DNA of 64,000 nt from an uncultured Clostridia bacterium. Lineage in GTDB: Bacteria; Bacillota; Clostridia; TANB77; CAG-508. Each line of letters begins with the position of its first letter. Within the stretch, counting starts at the first letter, position 1. The DNA lies in NCBI GenBank assembly GCA_947590905.1, contig CANQCU010000007.1, forward strand, positions 1,067-65,066, read 5' to 3'. Under the pieces are notes generated by a model, which saw only the letters and a list, made by a program, of their open reading frames with translations, did no database searches and was not told the DNA's origin. Positions 52,965 through 64,000 of the stretch are shown here, piece by piece. Position numbers and translations under genes: made by a program.

Positions 52965-55008
52965 TTATAAAATCTTTTGTAAGATTGATTTAACCTTAGG
53001 TAATAAATAGTGGCTACCACCTCTATCCTTTACATCTTCTACCATACTGATTATCAAAAATTTATTGCTACTATTTTCATCTGCTACAAAAGCATTAAAC
53101 CAGCCTATTTCTGTTCCTGTATTATCATCTTTTGAAGCTTTTATTTCTGCAGTTCCTGTTTTTCCTGCTATCTTTACACCGTCTATTTTTGCAGAATGAG
53201 CAGTTCCATTTGCATTTTCAACCACTTGTATTAAGTCTTCTTTTATTGTATTTGCTGAATCTTCTGTAAATGCTTTTTCTACATAATATTCTGGTGTGGC
53301 ATTTTCTTTGTATTCTAAGTATGTTTTAATCATGTTTCCATTATTCAAAAATGCTGAATAAATTGATGCAACATGTAGTGGATTTACAAGTACCTTTCCT
53401 TGACCATATCCAGTGTCTGCAAGTTGTATCTCACTATCAAAGCTTCCGTTGTCTGAATAACTAGAAGCTGTCATACCTTGCTCAAAAGTTATAGGATTTC
53501 CAAAACCTATTTTATTTAAAGATTCTGCTAACTTTTCTTTTCCTATTTTAAGAGCTGCTTTTGCAAAGTATATATTATCTGAATATATTAAAGCATTGGC
53601 TAGATTAGATGGAGTGCTATATGATGTAAGTGTAGTTACTTTATATGTTCCCCAACTTGAATCTTTTTGCCATGAAGTTCCGATCCTTACCAAAGTCATC
53701 ATTTTTTCCGAAACTACCAGTTGAAAGTCCTATTGCTCCTATTATTGGTTTAAAAGATGAACCTGGAGCATAGCTTGCAGAATATCTATTGTATAATGGT
53801 TTATTCTCATCATTTGTTAAAGAATTCCACTTATTTGTTGACATTCCTAATATAAAATCATTTGAATTGTATGTTGGTGTACTACATAGAGCAAGCACTT
53901 CACCTGTATTTGGATTAATAATTACGCAAGCTGATTTATCATTTTTAAATTCATCATAAGCAAATTTTTGAATTCTTGCATCTATTGTAAGTTTTATATC
54001 TTCACCATTTGTAACATCAATTTTTGCAATAGTTTGATTTCTGTTTCCTTGACTATCTGTTATATAAATATCTGCTCCGTTTTTTCCTCTTAACCTATCT
54101 TCATATATTTTTTCTAGTCCACTTTTTCCGATAACACTATTTTGTGTATAACCTTTACCTTGATTATTTTGTAAATCTTCTGCTGAAACTGTTTGAACAT
54201 ATCCTATTAAGTGACTAAGTTCTTCTCCATAAGGATATACTCTTCCATTTGCATCTGTAATCATTATTCCACTTATTTCTAATAATTTTTCTTTTAAATC
54301 ATAATTTTCTTTTGCGACTTTTGCTATTGGCACAAAAGTATCTGCTGCAACATAAGAGGCACTAAGTGCAGAATTAATTTTTTCTTCTGTTAAGTCAAGT
54401 AATTCTGCTATTTTCTTTATATCATCCTGCTTTTTTTCACCTAATTTTCCTGGTACAATTCCAACAGATGATATAGTTCCTTCTCCTGCAAGTAATACAT
54501 TGTTTCTATCAAAAATGCTACCTCTTCTTGCCTCAGTAGTTCCAACTCTTACTCTTTCTGTATCATCTAAATATGGGAAAATTACACTTGATGACCAAGC
54601 CATTTTGTATATTTCTTCTTCATTTCTTGAGAGTGATACTTCATTTTGAAAACTTACGTTTCCTGCTAAAGTATCCATAGACATATAATATGTTATATCT
54701 GCTTTTCCTGCTTCTTCATCTTCTTGAACATTTACATTTGTAATTTGAAAATTATTTGCTTGTATTCCACTATATATATTCTTGTTTCTAGATACAAATA
54801 CATCTAAACTTGTAGTATTCTTTGTGTTTGCATCTAATAAATCATACATTGCTTCATACTGACCACTTGCTAAATAAGACATATATTGATCAAATACATC
54901 TTTAGGTCTACTCTTTGAAGCTTCATCTTTAATTTTTAAACCTACTACAACAATTACTATAATTACTATAATTGCTAGTATAAATGGAATTATTTTTTTA
55001 AAATTCAT
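52965..55008 (-). CDS. Class B penicillin-binding protein with MecA-like N-terminal domain (680 aa after +1 shift at CGGA 53680)
   Basis: RRGSIFDRN, PGSSFK (SxxK), SDN, KTG motifs span the junction KD-G-TSWQKDSSWG. Confidence 0.9.
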
Positions 55009-55100
55009 TAGTTTTTCTCCCTTACATAAAAATTACATTTATATCATATCACAAAAAATATATTAAATAAACATTTTTTGATAAGTTTTTTCTAGATATT

Positions 55101-56147
55101 TCAAAAATTAAAATCAAAATAAGCATACTTTTTTGTCTTACTATTTAGATAGTCCTCTACATCTTGTTTTGCACATTCAGAAATATCTGTTATTCTTTTT
55201 GACTTTCCTTGATTATTCACAAGTGGTACAATATATCTTCTTTTTCCTTCTAAACTTATACAGTATTTTCCATTTACTGTTTCTTCACTCTCATTTATAT
55301 GGTCTGCATTTTCAAACATTTTAAAAGTTTCGCTTATTTTTTTATCATCACAATTCTCTATTCTTTTTATTATTTCTTTTTCTTCTAATGTATATAAATC
55401 ATTTTTAGTAATATATCCAGCATCATTCATCTTTTTAACCGTATCTGCAATAAATTGCATTGTAAGTTTATCTTTGTTCGAAATCCACAAAGGCCATACG
55501 TCTTTTAGAGTATGTACAAAATCTTCTGCTATATCTATATGCATAAATCCTAATTCATCTATTCCATCTTCGTTTTTTAAAATAGTGATGTCACTATATA
55601 GTTTTTTTATTTTTGCTAAGTCTAATAAGTTTTTACTATCAAAGAAAAGTCCGCCAGAAAAGTTATATTCGAGTCTATCTGCTGAAAGCTTAGGTAAATC
55701 ATTGTCTGCTATTGGATATATGTGATAATCAGAAACTTCTTCGAGTTTTATATTATCTCTTTGTAATAACTCCATTATTTCCTTGGAATTTCCAATAATA
55801 TCTTTTGTCAATTCTTCTGTTGATTCTTGTGTCTTATAGTCACCATTCATAAAATCTATACAATGTTTAAAAGTAGGGGTTGCTATATCATGAAATAAAC
55901 CAGCTAGTGTTTGCTTTTTGTCTTTTGTAAAATTCCAAATGATTAGTGCAACACCTATGCTATGATCTAATATTGAATAGTATACTTTATTATTAAATAC
56001 TTTTGTATAATCTGTTCCACAATTTTGACTTACATGTGATAACCTTTGCATTTCTTTTGTGTTTGCATATTCGTATAAAAATGAAGGTATCTCATTTGAT
56101 AAAATACTAAAATATTCTTTTAAATCTGGGTTTGTACCTTTTATCAT
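55101..56147 (-). CDS. HD-domain phosphohydrolase
   Basis: DHSIGV, GLFHDIATPTFKH, SADRLEY. Confidence 0.88.
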   Translation of the reverse strand: MIKGTNPDLKEYFSILSNEIPSFLYEYANTKEMQRLSHVSQNCGTDYTKVFNNKVYYSILDHSIGVALIIWNFTKDKKQTLAGLFHDIATPTFKHCIDFMNGDYKTQESTEELTKDIIGNSKEIMELLQRDNIKLEEVSDYHIYPIADNDLPKLSADRLEYNFSGGLFFDSKNLLDLAKIKKLYSDITILKNEDGIDELGFMHIDIAEDFVHTLKDVWPLWISNKDKLTMQFIADTVKKMNDAGYITKNDLYTLEEKEIIKRIENCDDKKISETFKMFENADHINESEETVNGKYCISLEGKRRYIVPLVNNQGKSKRITDISECAKQDVEDYLNSKTKKYAYFDFNF

Positions 56148-56250
56148 TTTTAGTCACCTACGCTATAATTTAACTTTATAAATGATTTTATCATAAATTA
56201 TATAAAAATACTACCAAAAAAGACATATTGCTATGTCTTTTTCTTGGCTA

Positions 56251-56712
56251 TTAATATTCGTATACTTCTTTCTTAATTAATTTATCGCCTTCATATTCTA
56301 ACTTTGCTGTAAAAAATGGATAATCGTCTTTTTTTATTCTATCTAAAAATACTTTGTCGCCTTCCCATAAGTTTAATTCATATAGCTTTTCTTTATCTAT
56401 CCATTCTAATTCTCCTTCTTGGCAATCTATGATATCTCCTTCAAAAGCATTAGAAGTAAATACATACATATATTCTGTTTCCCATTCATTAGACACATAA
56501 GTTACAATGCATCTCAATTTGCAGTTTTTTAGAGTGAGTCCTGTTTCTTCCTTTACTTCTCTTATTATACATTCTTCTGGACTTTCTTTATTCTCAAATT
56601 TTCCTCCAACACCTATCCATTTATCTTTGTTTAAGTCTTTTTCTTTTTTTACTCTATGAAGCATAAGATATTTATTATCTTTTTCAATATAACATAATGT
56701 AACATTTCTCAT
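56251..56712 (-). CDS. NUDIX hydrolase (MutT-like)
   Basis: GGKFENKESPEECIIREVKEETG Nudix box. Confidence 0.92.
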   Translation of the reverse strand: MRNVTLCYIEKDNKYLMLHRVKKEKDLNKDKWIGVGGKFENKESPEECIIREVKEETGLTLKNCKLRCIVTYVSNEWETEYMYVFTSNAFEGDIIDCQEGELEWIDKEKLYELNLWEGDKVFLDRIKKDDYPFFTAKLEYEGDKLIKKEVYEY

Positions 56713-56772
56713 AATTAATTCTACCTTTATTAAATATATTTTTATTATTTTATTCTAACACATTAATTTCTT

Positions 56773-59212
56773 CTATTCCACATCATGTCTTGCTAAAATT
56801 TGTGCAGGTGTTTTTCTTAATACTTTAAATAATGGTAACAACCCTACCACTATATTAAATCCATATATAATTAATATTGCTATTCCTACTGTACTTATAT
56901 TTACCATATACATTCTTGATAAATAAGCCACTTTAGTTATTGATTTTAATATATACGTCATAAGGATTACGCCAGGCATACCTGCAAATGTTGTAATTGC
57001 TAAAATTTCACCTAAAAACATTTTATATATATCTAATTTTTTTACTCCTATTGCTCTTAATATTCCAATTTCTTTTATTCTTGAAAGGAAAGAGGCTCTT
57101 GTCATTAAATATATTTCTATTAATGAAATAACTAATATTGTGCCTGCAAAAATTACTGTACTTCTAATGCTTTCTTCAGTGTTATTTATATATTTTTCTT
57201 TATCTTCGTTATATCTGTTAATTAGATTTAATTTTTCTTCATTTCTTAATTTTTGCATTACTTCTGATTCATTGTTAGGATAAATTGTTATTCCATCTAA
57301 TTTTTCAATTACACTATATTTTACAGTATTAGGATTTACTAAATAGCTTTGTCTATCAGTTTTGCTATCATAATATCCTACAACTTTAAGCTCTTTTCCA
57401 TTTACTTTTGTTTTTATTGTTTTGTTCAATTTCATCGTATTTTTATTTGATATATTTACAATGACTTCATAATCGTTTGTAGGCATTCTTCCTTTTTTTA
57501 GTGTTATATCATCTAAATATAGGTTATAATCTAAAACAGAATCTTCTTTAGTTTCTTCTTCAATTCCAGAAAATCCAAATGTTATTTCTGTAGAACTTGC
57601 CATATTAAGTAAGTTAATAAATATACTTTTTTTAGCATAAATAGATGGTGTAAGCTTGTCTACGAAACCTACTATTGTAAATTCTTTCATATCATTTACT
57701 GATATTTTTTTATTTAATAGTTCCTTAATATCTTTTATTCCCATATATTGTATTATTGTCTCTTGCCTCATATTATCTATTACCTTTTTATCTAAAACAA
57801 GTTCATATTCATTTTCTGACATTCTTCCACATATAATGTCTGCTTTAGATATTTTAGTATCACTTACAAGAGAACCTGTAACGTGTGTACCATTTCTTAC
57901 TTGATAATATTCATCAAATTCTATATTGAATTTAACCATACTGTCTCCTGGTATGATATAATCAATTGCTTCTAAATTTTCATATTCAAGAAATTTATCT
58001 ACGCTTACTTTTTCCATTTGATCTTGTAAATAATTTTTATCTATTTCAATAAAATCGCTTTCTCTAATTTCTTGTATTCCAGCTATGTTACACACGGCAT
58101 AAACAATAAACATACTAGATGCAAAAAATCCTAGTAATAAGATTTTCTTTAATATAGAAAACTCAGTAATTTTTTTAACTCCATTTATAATTGATTTAAA
58201 AAGACTATTTACCGATCCATATTTTATTTTTTTATTTTTGTTTATTATATTTTCTAAATTGTAATTATATTCTTCATATTCTTCTTTGTTTATTTTTCTA
58301 TAATGCTCATTAAGTACCTCTATACTAGAGTTTTCATCAATTACTTCTACTTTTTGTTCATTTGATTGAATATAAATATTTCCATTTTTTACTATTAATT
58401 GTATATTGCCTGTTGATTCTTTATCTGCATAAATATCTACTCTTAAATCGTTATTACTAACTTTTTCTATATTATCTAAATCTTTTAAATATATTTTATT
58501 GTCTATTCTATAATCTAATGTTCCTGTTTTGCTATTTTCATAATCTTTTTCAATTTTTCCATCTTTTATTTCAATTATTCTTGAAGCATAAAATTCTGCT
58601 AGACTTGTTTCGTGAGTTACTAAAATTACTAATTTTTCTTTAGATATAGCTTTTATAATGTCCATTATTTCAATAGAATTTTTACTGTCTAAGTTTCCTG
58701 TTGGCTCATCTGCAATAACAATATTGGGATTTTTGACTATTGCTCTTGCTATTGCAACACGTTGTCTTTCTCCTCCTGAAAGCATACTTGCTGGTCTATT
58801 TTTATATCTTTCCATTTTTACTATGTCTAAAACATATTCAACTCTTTTTTTAATTTCTTCTTTGTCTTTTATTCCTAGCATTTTTAAGCTTATTGCAACA
58901 TTTTCAAATACTGATAAATTTTCTAGTAGTTTATAATCTTGAAATATATAACCTATATTAAAATTTCTTATTTTATCTACTGCATAAGCTGTTTTATGTG
59001 TTAATCTTTTTCCATTTACATATATTTTTCCTTTATTTACTTTATCAAGTCCAGAAATTACATTTAAAAGTGTTGTCTTTCCACTTCCTGATTCTCCGAA
59101 GTATTGCAACTAACCCATTGTTTCCAAATTCAAGAGATGTATCATTTATGATATGTATTTGATTTTTCTTATGTCTGTTGAAATATTTATTTACTTTTTC
59201 TAATTTTATCAT
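56773..59212 (-). CDS. ABC ATP-binding/permease fusion, MacB-like (812 aa after +1 shift at CGGA 59096)
   Basis: MIKLEKVNKYF...GLVAIL-G-ESGSGKTT, LSGGERQR, ADEPTG; ATG at 59212 follows GAGGAGGTG. Confidence 0.9.
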
Positions 59213-59217
59213 AAGTA

Positions 59218-61455
59218 TTACACCTCCTCATTGTATGTTGTTATAACTGTCTTTTTAAATAGTTTCTTAGAAAATCTTCTAGAAATTAGTCTTGACATAA
59301 CAGCTATAACAATATATAGTACAAGGTATTCTAAAACTCCCATATAGTTTGTTAGTTTTGATATATATTCAAAATGTATAATATCAGCTTTTACTAAGCC
59401 TAAAAATCCTAAAACTCCTGCAAATGCTAAAGAAGAGTTTATAAATAGTTCTATATCCAATATTCTTTTTATATTTTTAGAAGTTGCTCCTAATATTCTT
59501 AAAGTAGTAAAATATATATTTCTTGATTTTAATATAATTCTTATTATGAAATATGATATAAAGAATAATACAAATACAACAATTATTGTTACAATAACTT
59601 TTGCTATTTTAATAATTTGCTCATTTAATTCCCAATGATTAACACCAAAATCTGTAACTTTTTTAGGATGTAATCCTAAGTTTTCAAGTTCGTTCATTGT
59701 AGTATCTATTTCTTTCATGTTTTCTACATAAACACTCGCTTGATATGCTGGCTTATTATATAGTAAGTTATAGTCTTCTTCGTTTATAAATATATTATTA
59801 TTAATTAATCCATAATTACTATATCCGGTTAATCTTTTGAAATTCGTTTTTGTGTATATATTACTTATTTTTAGGTTTAGCTCTTCGTGATAATAGATAT
59901 TATCAACAATTATGCCAATATCTTTATTTATTATATTTCCACCTGATGTAAGTCTCAAATTATCTGATACTACTGCTTTTCCTTTAGCTACATTTTTAGA
60001 AGGTAAAACATTAAGATAATTAGAATACATATAACTATTTGATTCTTGATATTTATTGTTAAAAAATATTTTTACTTTACTCATTCTTTTGTTAGCTAAA
60101 TTTCTTAGATTAGTAATTAAATTATCTGGTACATACATATCAAAATTATAATTGTCTACTTTTTCTTCTTCTCTATACTTTATTCCAACAACAGTTAGTT
60201 CATTATTTTCTAATTCTTCTAATTCAAATTTTCTGTTTAATAATTCGTCTAATCTATCTGTTATATAATAATGTTTTTTATTTGCTATAATTACAATTTC
60301 ATTATCATTTTCTGGCATTCTACCTATATCTAAGTTTCCTTTAAAATCATTAATATTTTTTATTTGCCCACTGATAGACATTGAGTTAAAAGACGTAGAA
60401 TCTGCTTCTGATAATGCTGTAAAAAGAGTATCTATAAATAGGTCATCCTTTTTTATATTTTTTATATTAGATAATTTTTCTATTTTTTCATAATCTTCAT
60501 CTGTAAAATATGTTTTATCTTGCTTATTTATTAATATTCTATTTTCAGAGTGGTCATAAAAGCCCATATACCCCATAGCAGTCTCACTTGATATATCCTC
60601 ATATAATTTAAAGCTTGTATATTCTGTAAATACAGCAGATGTTATAAAAAAGAATACAAGAAATAATAATATAAACTTTGGAATTATATTAAAAGTGTTT
60701 CTTATTCCTAATCTATACTTATTTATTAAAGTCATATTTTTATATATACTTGGTTTGGGTTCTATGTTTTCTTGGATTTCTTTTATTTTTGTATCTTGAA
60801 CGATTTTACCATCGTGCATCTTTATAATTCTTGTTGCATATTCTTCTATCTGCTCTAAATTATGTGTTACTATTATAACTAGTTTATCTTTTGCAACTTT
60901 TTTTAATATTTCTATAACATCTTTTGCTGACTCTGTATCTAAGTTTCCTGTTGGCTCATCTGCAACTATTATTGGAGTGTCTTTTACCATTGCTCTAGCT
61001 ATTGCAACTCTTTGTTTTTGACCTCCAGATAGTTTAGATACTTTTGTATTTTTGAATTTTGTAAGACCAACCTCATCTATCATATTTAATACTTTTTCTT
61101 TTATATCTTTTTTCTTATATCCGTTTAAAAGCAATACTAATTCAACGTTTTGATATACAGTATAACTATTTATTAAATTAAAGTTTTGGAAAATATTTGC
61201 TACATATTTTCTCCTGTATTCCTCAAATTCTTTTTCTGTATAATGACTAGTTTCAGTTCCGTTTATATACATTTCTCCTTCTTCGTAACTATCTAGCCCA
61301 GATAATACATTTAAAAGTGTTGATTTTCCACTTCCTGATTCTCCAGTTATTGCAACAAATTCTCCTATATTTAATTCTAAATTGATTTTAGTAAATCCTG
61401 ATGCAATAATTCCTTTATTATAGTAAAACTTTGATACATTCTTTAGTTTTAACAT
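59218..61455 (-). CDS. ABC ATP-binding/permease fusion, MacB-like
   Basis: GESGSGKST, LSGGQKQR, ADEPTG, C-terminal TM helices. Confidence 0.92.
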   Translation of the reverse strand: MLKLKNVSKFYYNKGIIASGFTKINLELNIGEFVAITGESGSGKSTLLNVLSGLDSYEEGEMYINGTETSHYTEKEFEEYRRKYVANIFQNFNLINSYTVYQNVELVLLLNGYKKKDIKEKVLNMIDEVGLTKFKNTKVSKLSGGQKQRVAIARAMVKDTPIIVADEPTGNLDTESAKDVIEILKKVAKDKLVIIVTHNLEQIEEYATRIIKMHDGKIVQDTKIKEIQENIEPKPSIYKNMTLINKYRLGIRNTFNIIPKFILLFLVFFFITSAVFTEYTSFKLYEDISSETAMGYMGFYDHSENRILINKQDKTYFTDEDYEKIEKLSNIKNIKKDDLFIDTLFTALSEADSTSFNSMSISGQIKNINDFKGNLDIGRMPENDNEIVIIANKKHYYITDRLDELLNRKFELEELENNELTVVGIKYREEEKVDNYNFDMYVPDNLITNLRNLANKRMSKVKIFFNNKYQESNSYMYSNYLNVLPSKNVAKGKAVVSDNLRLTSGGNIINKDIGIIVDNIYYHEELNLKISNIYTKTNFKRLTGYSNYGLINNNIFINEEDYNLLYNKPAYQASVYVENMKEIDTTMNELENLGLHPKKVTDFGVNHWELNEQIIKIAKVIVTIIVVFVLFFISYFIIRIILKSRNIYFTTLRILGATSKNIKRILDIELFINSSLAFAGVLGFLGLVKADIIHFEYISKLTNYMGVLEYLVLYIVIAVMSRLISRRFSKKLFKKTVITTYNEEV

Positions 61456-61573
61456 AAAATAATCCTCTTTTAAATAAAATATACAAGGATAGTATATCAT
61501 TAATGAAAAAAACTTACAATAAAAAAATTGGCATTTACTAAAATAGTAAATGCCAATTTTTTATATAATATTA

Positions 61574-62188
61574 TTATTCAGATATATCATATCCAGTTAA
61601 ATCTGGTCTAGTCATATCTTCATCTGTTAATTTATTAAACTCCCACTTTTTATCTACTATTATATCTTTTTTTACTCCATCAATAGTTGCAGTTCCGCCT
61701 ATTCTTTTCAATATTGTTCCATTCTCTTTACTAATATATGTTGTCGTTCTATTAGATTTTACTACATAACACTCTTCATTATTTATTTTGTCTGATGAAA
61801 TACGAGTAAATAGTGCAGTCATAAAAGAATTAGGTAAATCTAATGTTTCTATAGCTGTTCTAGGGCTATCTCCTGTTCCAACTGTTGCTTTCATTGCTTT
61901 TGGAAAATAATTGATTAATTCCTTAGTATTTTCATTACTCCAAGTTACTACAGTTGCATTGTTTGTTTCTACAACTGTTTTGCTAATTCCATCTTTATAG
62001 TAGATTTCTGTTTTTGATCCTGTACTATTTTGTGTAATACAATGATAGTTAGTACTTCTAGCGATTATCTCTTGTTTTTCAGAAATTTCATTAATAATAT
62101 TCATATTTTTTACAATATGTACTGCTAGAAAAGCTATTAATACTATAACAATTACTAATACTATTATTAAAATTTTTTTCTTTTCCAT
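61574..62188 (-). CDS. Membrane-anchored exported hypothetical protein
   Basis: N-terminal TM helix; C-terminus LTDEDMTRPDLTGY resembles the anti-sigma C-terminus. Confidence 0.75.
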   Translation of the reverse strand: MEKKKILIIVLVIVIVLIAFLAVHIVKNMNIINEISEKQEIIARSTNYHCITQNSTGSKTEIYYKDGISKTVVETNNATVVTWSNENTKELINYFPKAMKATVGTGDSPRTAIETLDLPNSFMTALFTRISSDKINNEECYVVKSNRTTTYISKENGTILKRIGGTATIDGVKKDIIVDKKWEFNKLTDEDMTRPDLTGYDISE

Positions 62189-62497
62189 ATCTATTCCTCC
62201 TTTTATCTTTTGTTTGACTTTCAAGTATATTAATATTATAGCATTTATTTACTTTTTATGCAAATTTTATTCCTTATTTCAGATGCTTTTCAACTCCTCC
62301 TTATTGATATATCTTCATATATATTTAATTGTTCAACTGTACTTTTAATTGTTTCTTCAAAAATTATGATTATAGTTGAAGTAATATAATAATAAAATAA
62401 AAATACAACTTATTTAAATAATATTTTTATATTTTTTGTTGAATTTTTTTCTATTTATGATATATTAAATTTATGATTTTAATTTTAGGAGATACTT

Positions 62498-63304
62498 ATG
62501 AAAAATAATGAGGATTGGAAAGAACTAGAAAATTGGGCAGAAAATGAGAAACAAAAGAATATAGAAAAGTACGGATTGGATTTTGAAGAAGTTAATACAG
62601 AAAAAAAAAGAAAAAAAATGATTAAGTTTGCAAATATCATGGATACCACAACAATAGTTGGAATAATACTCTTAGTAATAGTAGGACTTTTAGTTGCATT
62701 TATAATCGGCTTTATATTATATATGCAATTTTATAATTTAAAGCAAAAATATGATGCAGATATAAACTCAATATTTGCAATGTATGATATAAAGACCAAA
62801 TTAGTTTCTAAGGATGTAGATGATGATGGAAATGGTAAGTATATATATGAGTTAAATAAGAATAAAAACATTAAATTCACAGTAATAAAACACAATGGCG
62901 ATTTGTATAACGATTATATTGCACACTGTCTCAAATACTATTTTGAGAAATGGCAAAGTAACTCAAAAGAAAGTTTTATAGTAGAAGAAAGCTTAACAGA
63001 GCAAGGACTATTACAATATAGTGCACATATAGAAATAGGAAGTTTCAAAGATATAGAAGATGCTGCAAATAAAATTAATGAATTAGTGCAATTTTCAGGA
63101 GATATATTTCATTCATCTTGGGATTTATACTTAAGTAAGGGTGAATCGCGAACATATGCACCAATTGATATAGAATCTACTAAAAGATATTATGTAAGAT
63201 ATATGAACAGAACTGATCCAGAACAATTGGAAAATGAAAAGAAATTAATGACACAGGAAGAAATAGAACAATACTTTTCAAAAGAAAATCTATTAATTCA
63301 TTAA
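62498..63304 (+). CDS. Membrane protein with EDWxxLExW N-terminus
   Basis: 268-aa ORF, AGGAG RBS, one TM segment. Confidence 0.75.
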   Translation: MKNNEDWKELENWAENEKQKNIEKYGLDFEEVNTEKKRKKMIKFANIMDTTTIVGIILLVIVGLLVAFIIGFILYMQFYNLKQKYDADINSIFAMYDIKTKLVSKDVDDDGNGKYIYELNKNKNIKFTVIKHNGDLYNDYIAHCLKYYFEKWQSNSKESFIVEESLTEQGLLQYSAHIEIGSFKDIEDAANKINELVQFSGDIFHSSWDLYLSKGESRTYAPIDIESTKRYYVRYMNRTDPEQLENEKKLMTQEEIEQYFSKENLLIH

Positions 63305-63395
63305 TAACTTTTTCACTTATTAGAATAGAAAAGGAATCTCAAAAATTGGGATCCCTTTTTTGTTTTATGAATTAGATAATCTTACTTTATAGTAA

Positions 63396-63962
63396 CTATT
63401 TTTTTAGTTGTAGTCCGTCCTTGAAAGCCTCTCCAACTCTTTCTGTAACTTTATAATATCCATGTGTATATGGATCAAATGCTATTGCGCTTACTTTTGA
63501 AATGTCTATTTTATCTCCATTCATTACGCTTTCATCAGCAGTTACATTAATTACTTTTCCAATAACCCCTGCTCCATACTCATCATTTTGATATTCTATA
63601 AATTCACATTCAAAGCAAATTGGAAATTCGTTTATAATTGGTGCATCTACATTTTCAGATTTTGTTACTGATAGTCCAGTATTCTCAAATTTATTTTCTG
63701 TATTATTTCCTGATACTACTCCAAAATAATCTGCTTCTACAACATGTTTGCTATCTGCAATGCTTACTGTAAAGGCTTTTCTTTCTTTAATATTTTTTAC
63801 AGTTTTGTGAGTTTCTGTTAAATTTAAAATAACTTGGCTTCTTGATAACATAGTTCCCCATGCTGCATTCATTACATCAACACTTCCATCCTCATTATAT
63901 GTTGCAATCATTAATACAGGCATTGGAAATATTGCCTCTGTTGTTTTAATATTCTTTCTCAT
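63396..63962 (-). CDS. Flavin reductase family (flavoredoxin-like) protein
   Basis: FPMPVLMIATY, MNAAWG, ADYFGVVSG, APIINEFP. Confidence 0.88.
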   Translation of the reverse strand: MRKNIKTTEAIFPMPVLMIATYNEDGSVDVMNAAWGTMLSRSQVILNLTETHKTVKNIKERKAFTVSIADSKHVVEADYFGVVSGNNTENKFENTGLSVTKSENVDAPIINEFPICFECEFIEYQNDEYGAGVIGKVINVTADESVMNGDKIDISKVSAIAFDPYTHGYYKVTERVGEAFKDGLQLKK

Positions 63963-64000
63963 TAAAAATTCCTCCTTTAAACTTTTATTTATATATTTAC

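Noticed and set aside
4769-58936. Numerous + strand ORFs antisense to real genes (for example 4769..5347, 27929..28324, 31235..31630, 46254..46640)
   Set aside because: They are shadow ORFs of minus-strand genes, with no RBS and F/S/I/L-biased composition.
2694-59212. Interpreting the 18 split genes as pseudogenes or homopolymer sequencing errors
   Set aside because: All 29 breaks are the same +1 event at an in-frame CGG, mostly with no adjacent C-run, while long A/T homopolymers show no errors. There are no nonsense or -1 lesions. A motif-specific basecalling artefact cannot be fully excluded without reads.
62240-62400. Short minus-strand coding-like stretch that could extend by a shift at AGG-A
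   Set aside because: No clear start or family, and AGG is read as a normal triplet elsewhere (for example IIRT in spoIIIAE).

Overview
AT-rich chromosomal segment of a spore-forming Clostridia-like Firmicute. It carries housekeeping genes (pta 5' end, purM, rluD-type, asd, lysC, pncB, nadE, yebC-type), tRNA-Leu(GAG), RNase P RNA, a complete spoIIIAA-AH operon, larB/larC, a copper module (csoR, copZ, copA), transporters, a PBP and several GC-richer orphan ORFs. The main observation is that 18 otherwise intact genes are split by 29 apparent +1 frameshifts, and every one falls on an in-frame CGG codon. Reading CGG+N as one 4-nt Gly codon (equivalently, skipping the C and reading GGN) restores full-length proteins, including invariant Walker A and NadE motif glycines. 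By manual scan, no conserved gene in the window uses CGG as an ordinary triplet; only four orphan ORFs do. This points to a possibly undescribed genome-wide recoding (CGGN = Gly, +1 shift), although a systematic sequencing artefact must be excluded. Secondary observations are a 4-copy intergenic element with a conserved core inside locus-specific ~32-bp inverted arms, a second 2-copy structured repeat, and a shared leader and promoter-operator motif on orphan genes.
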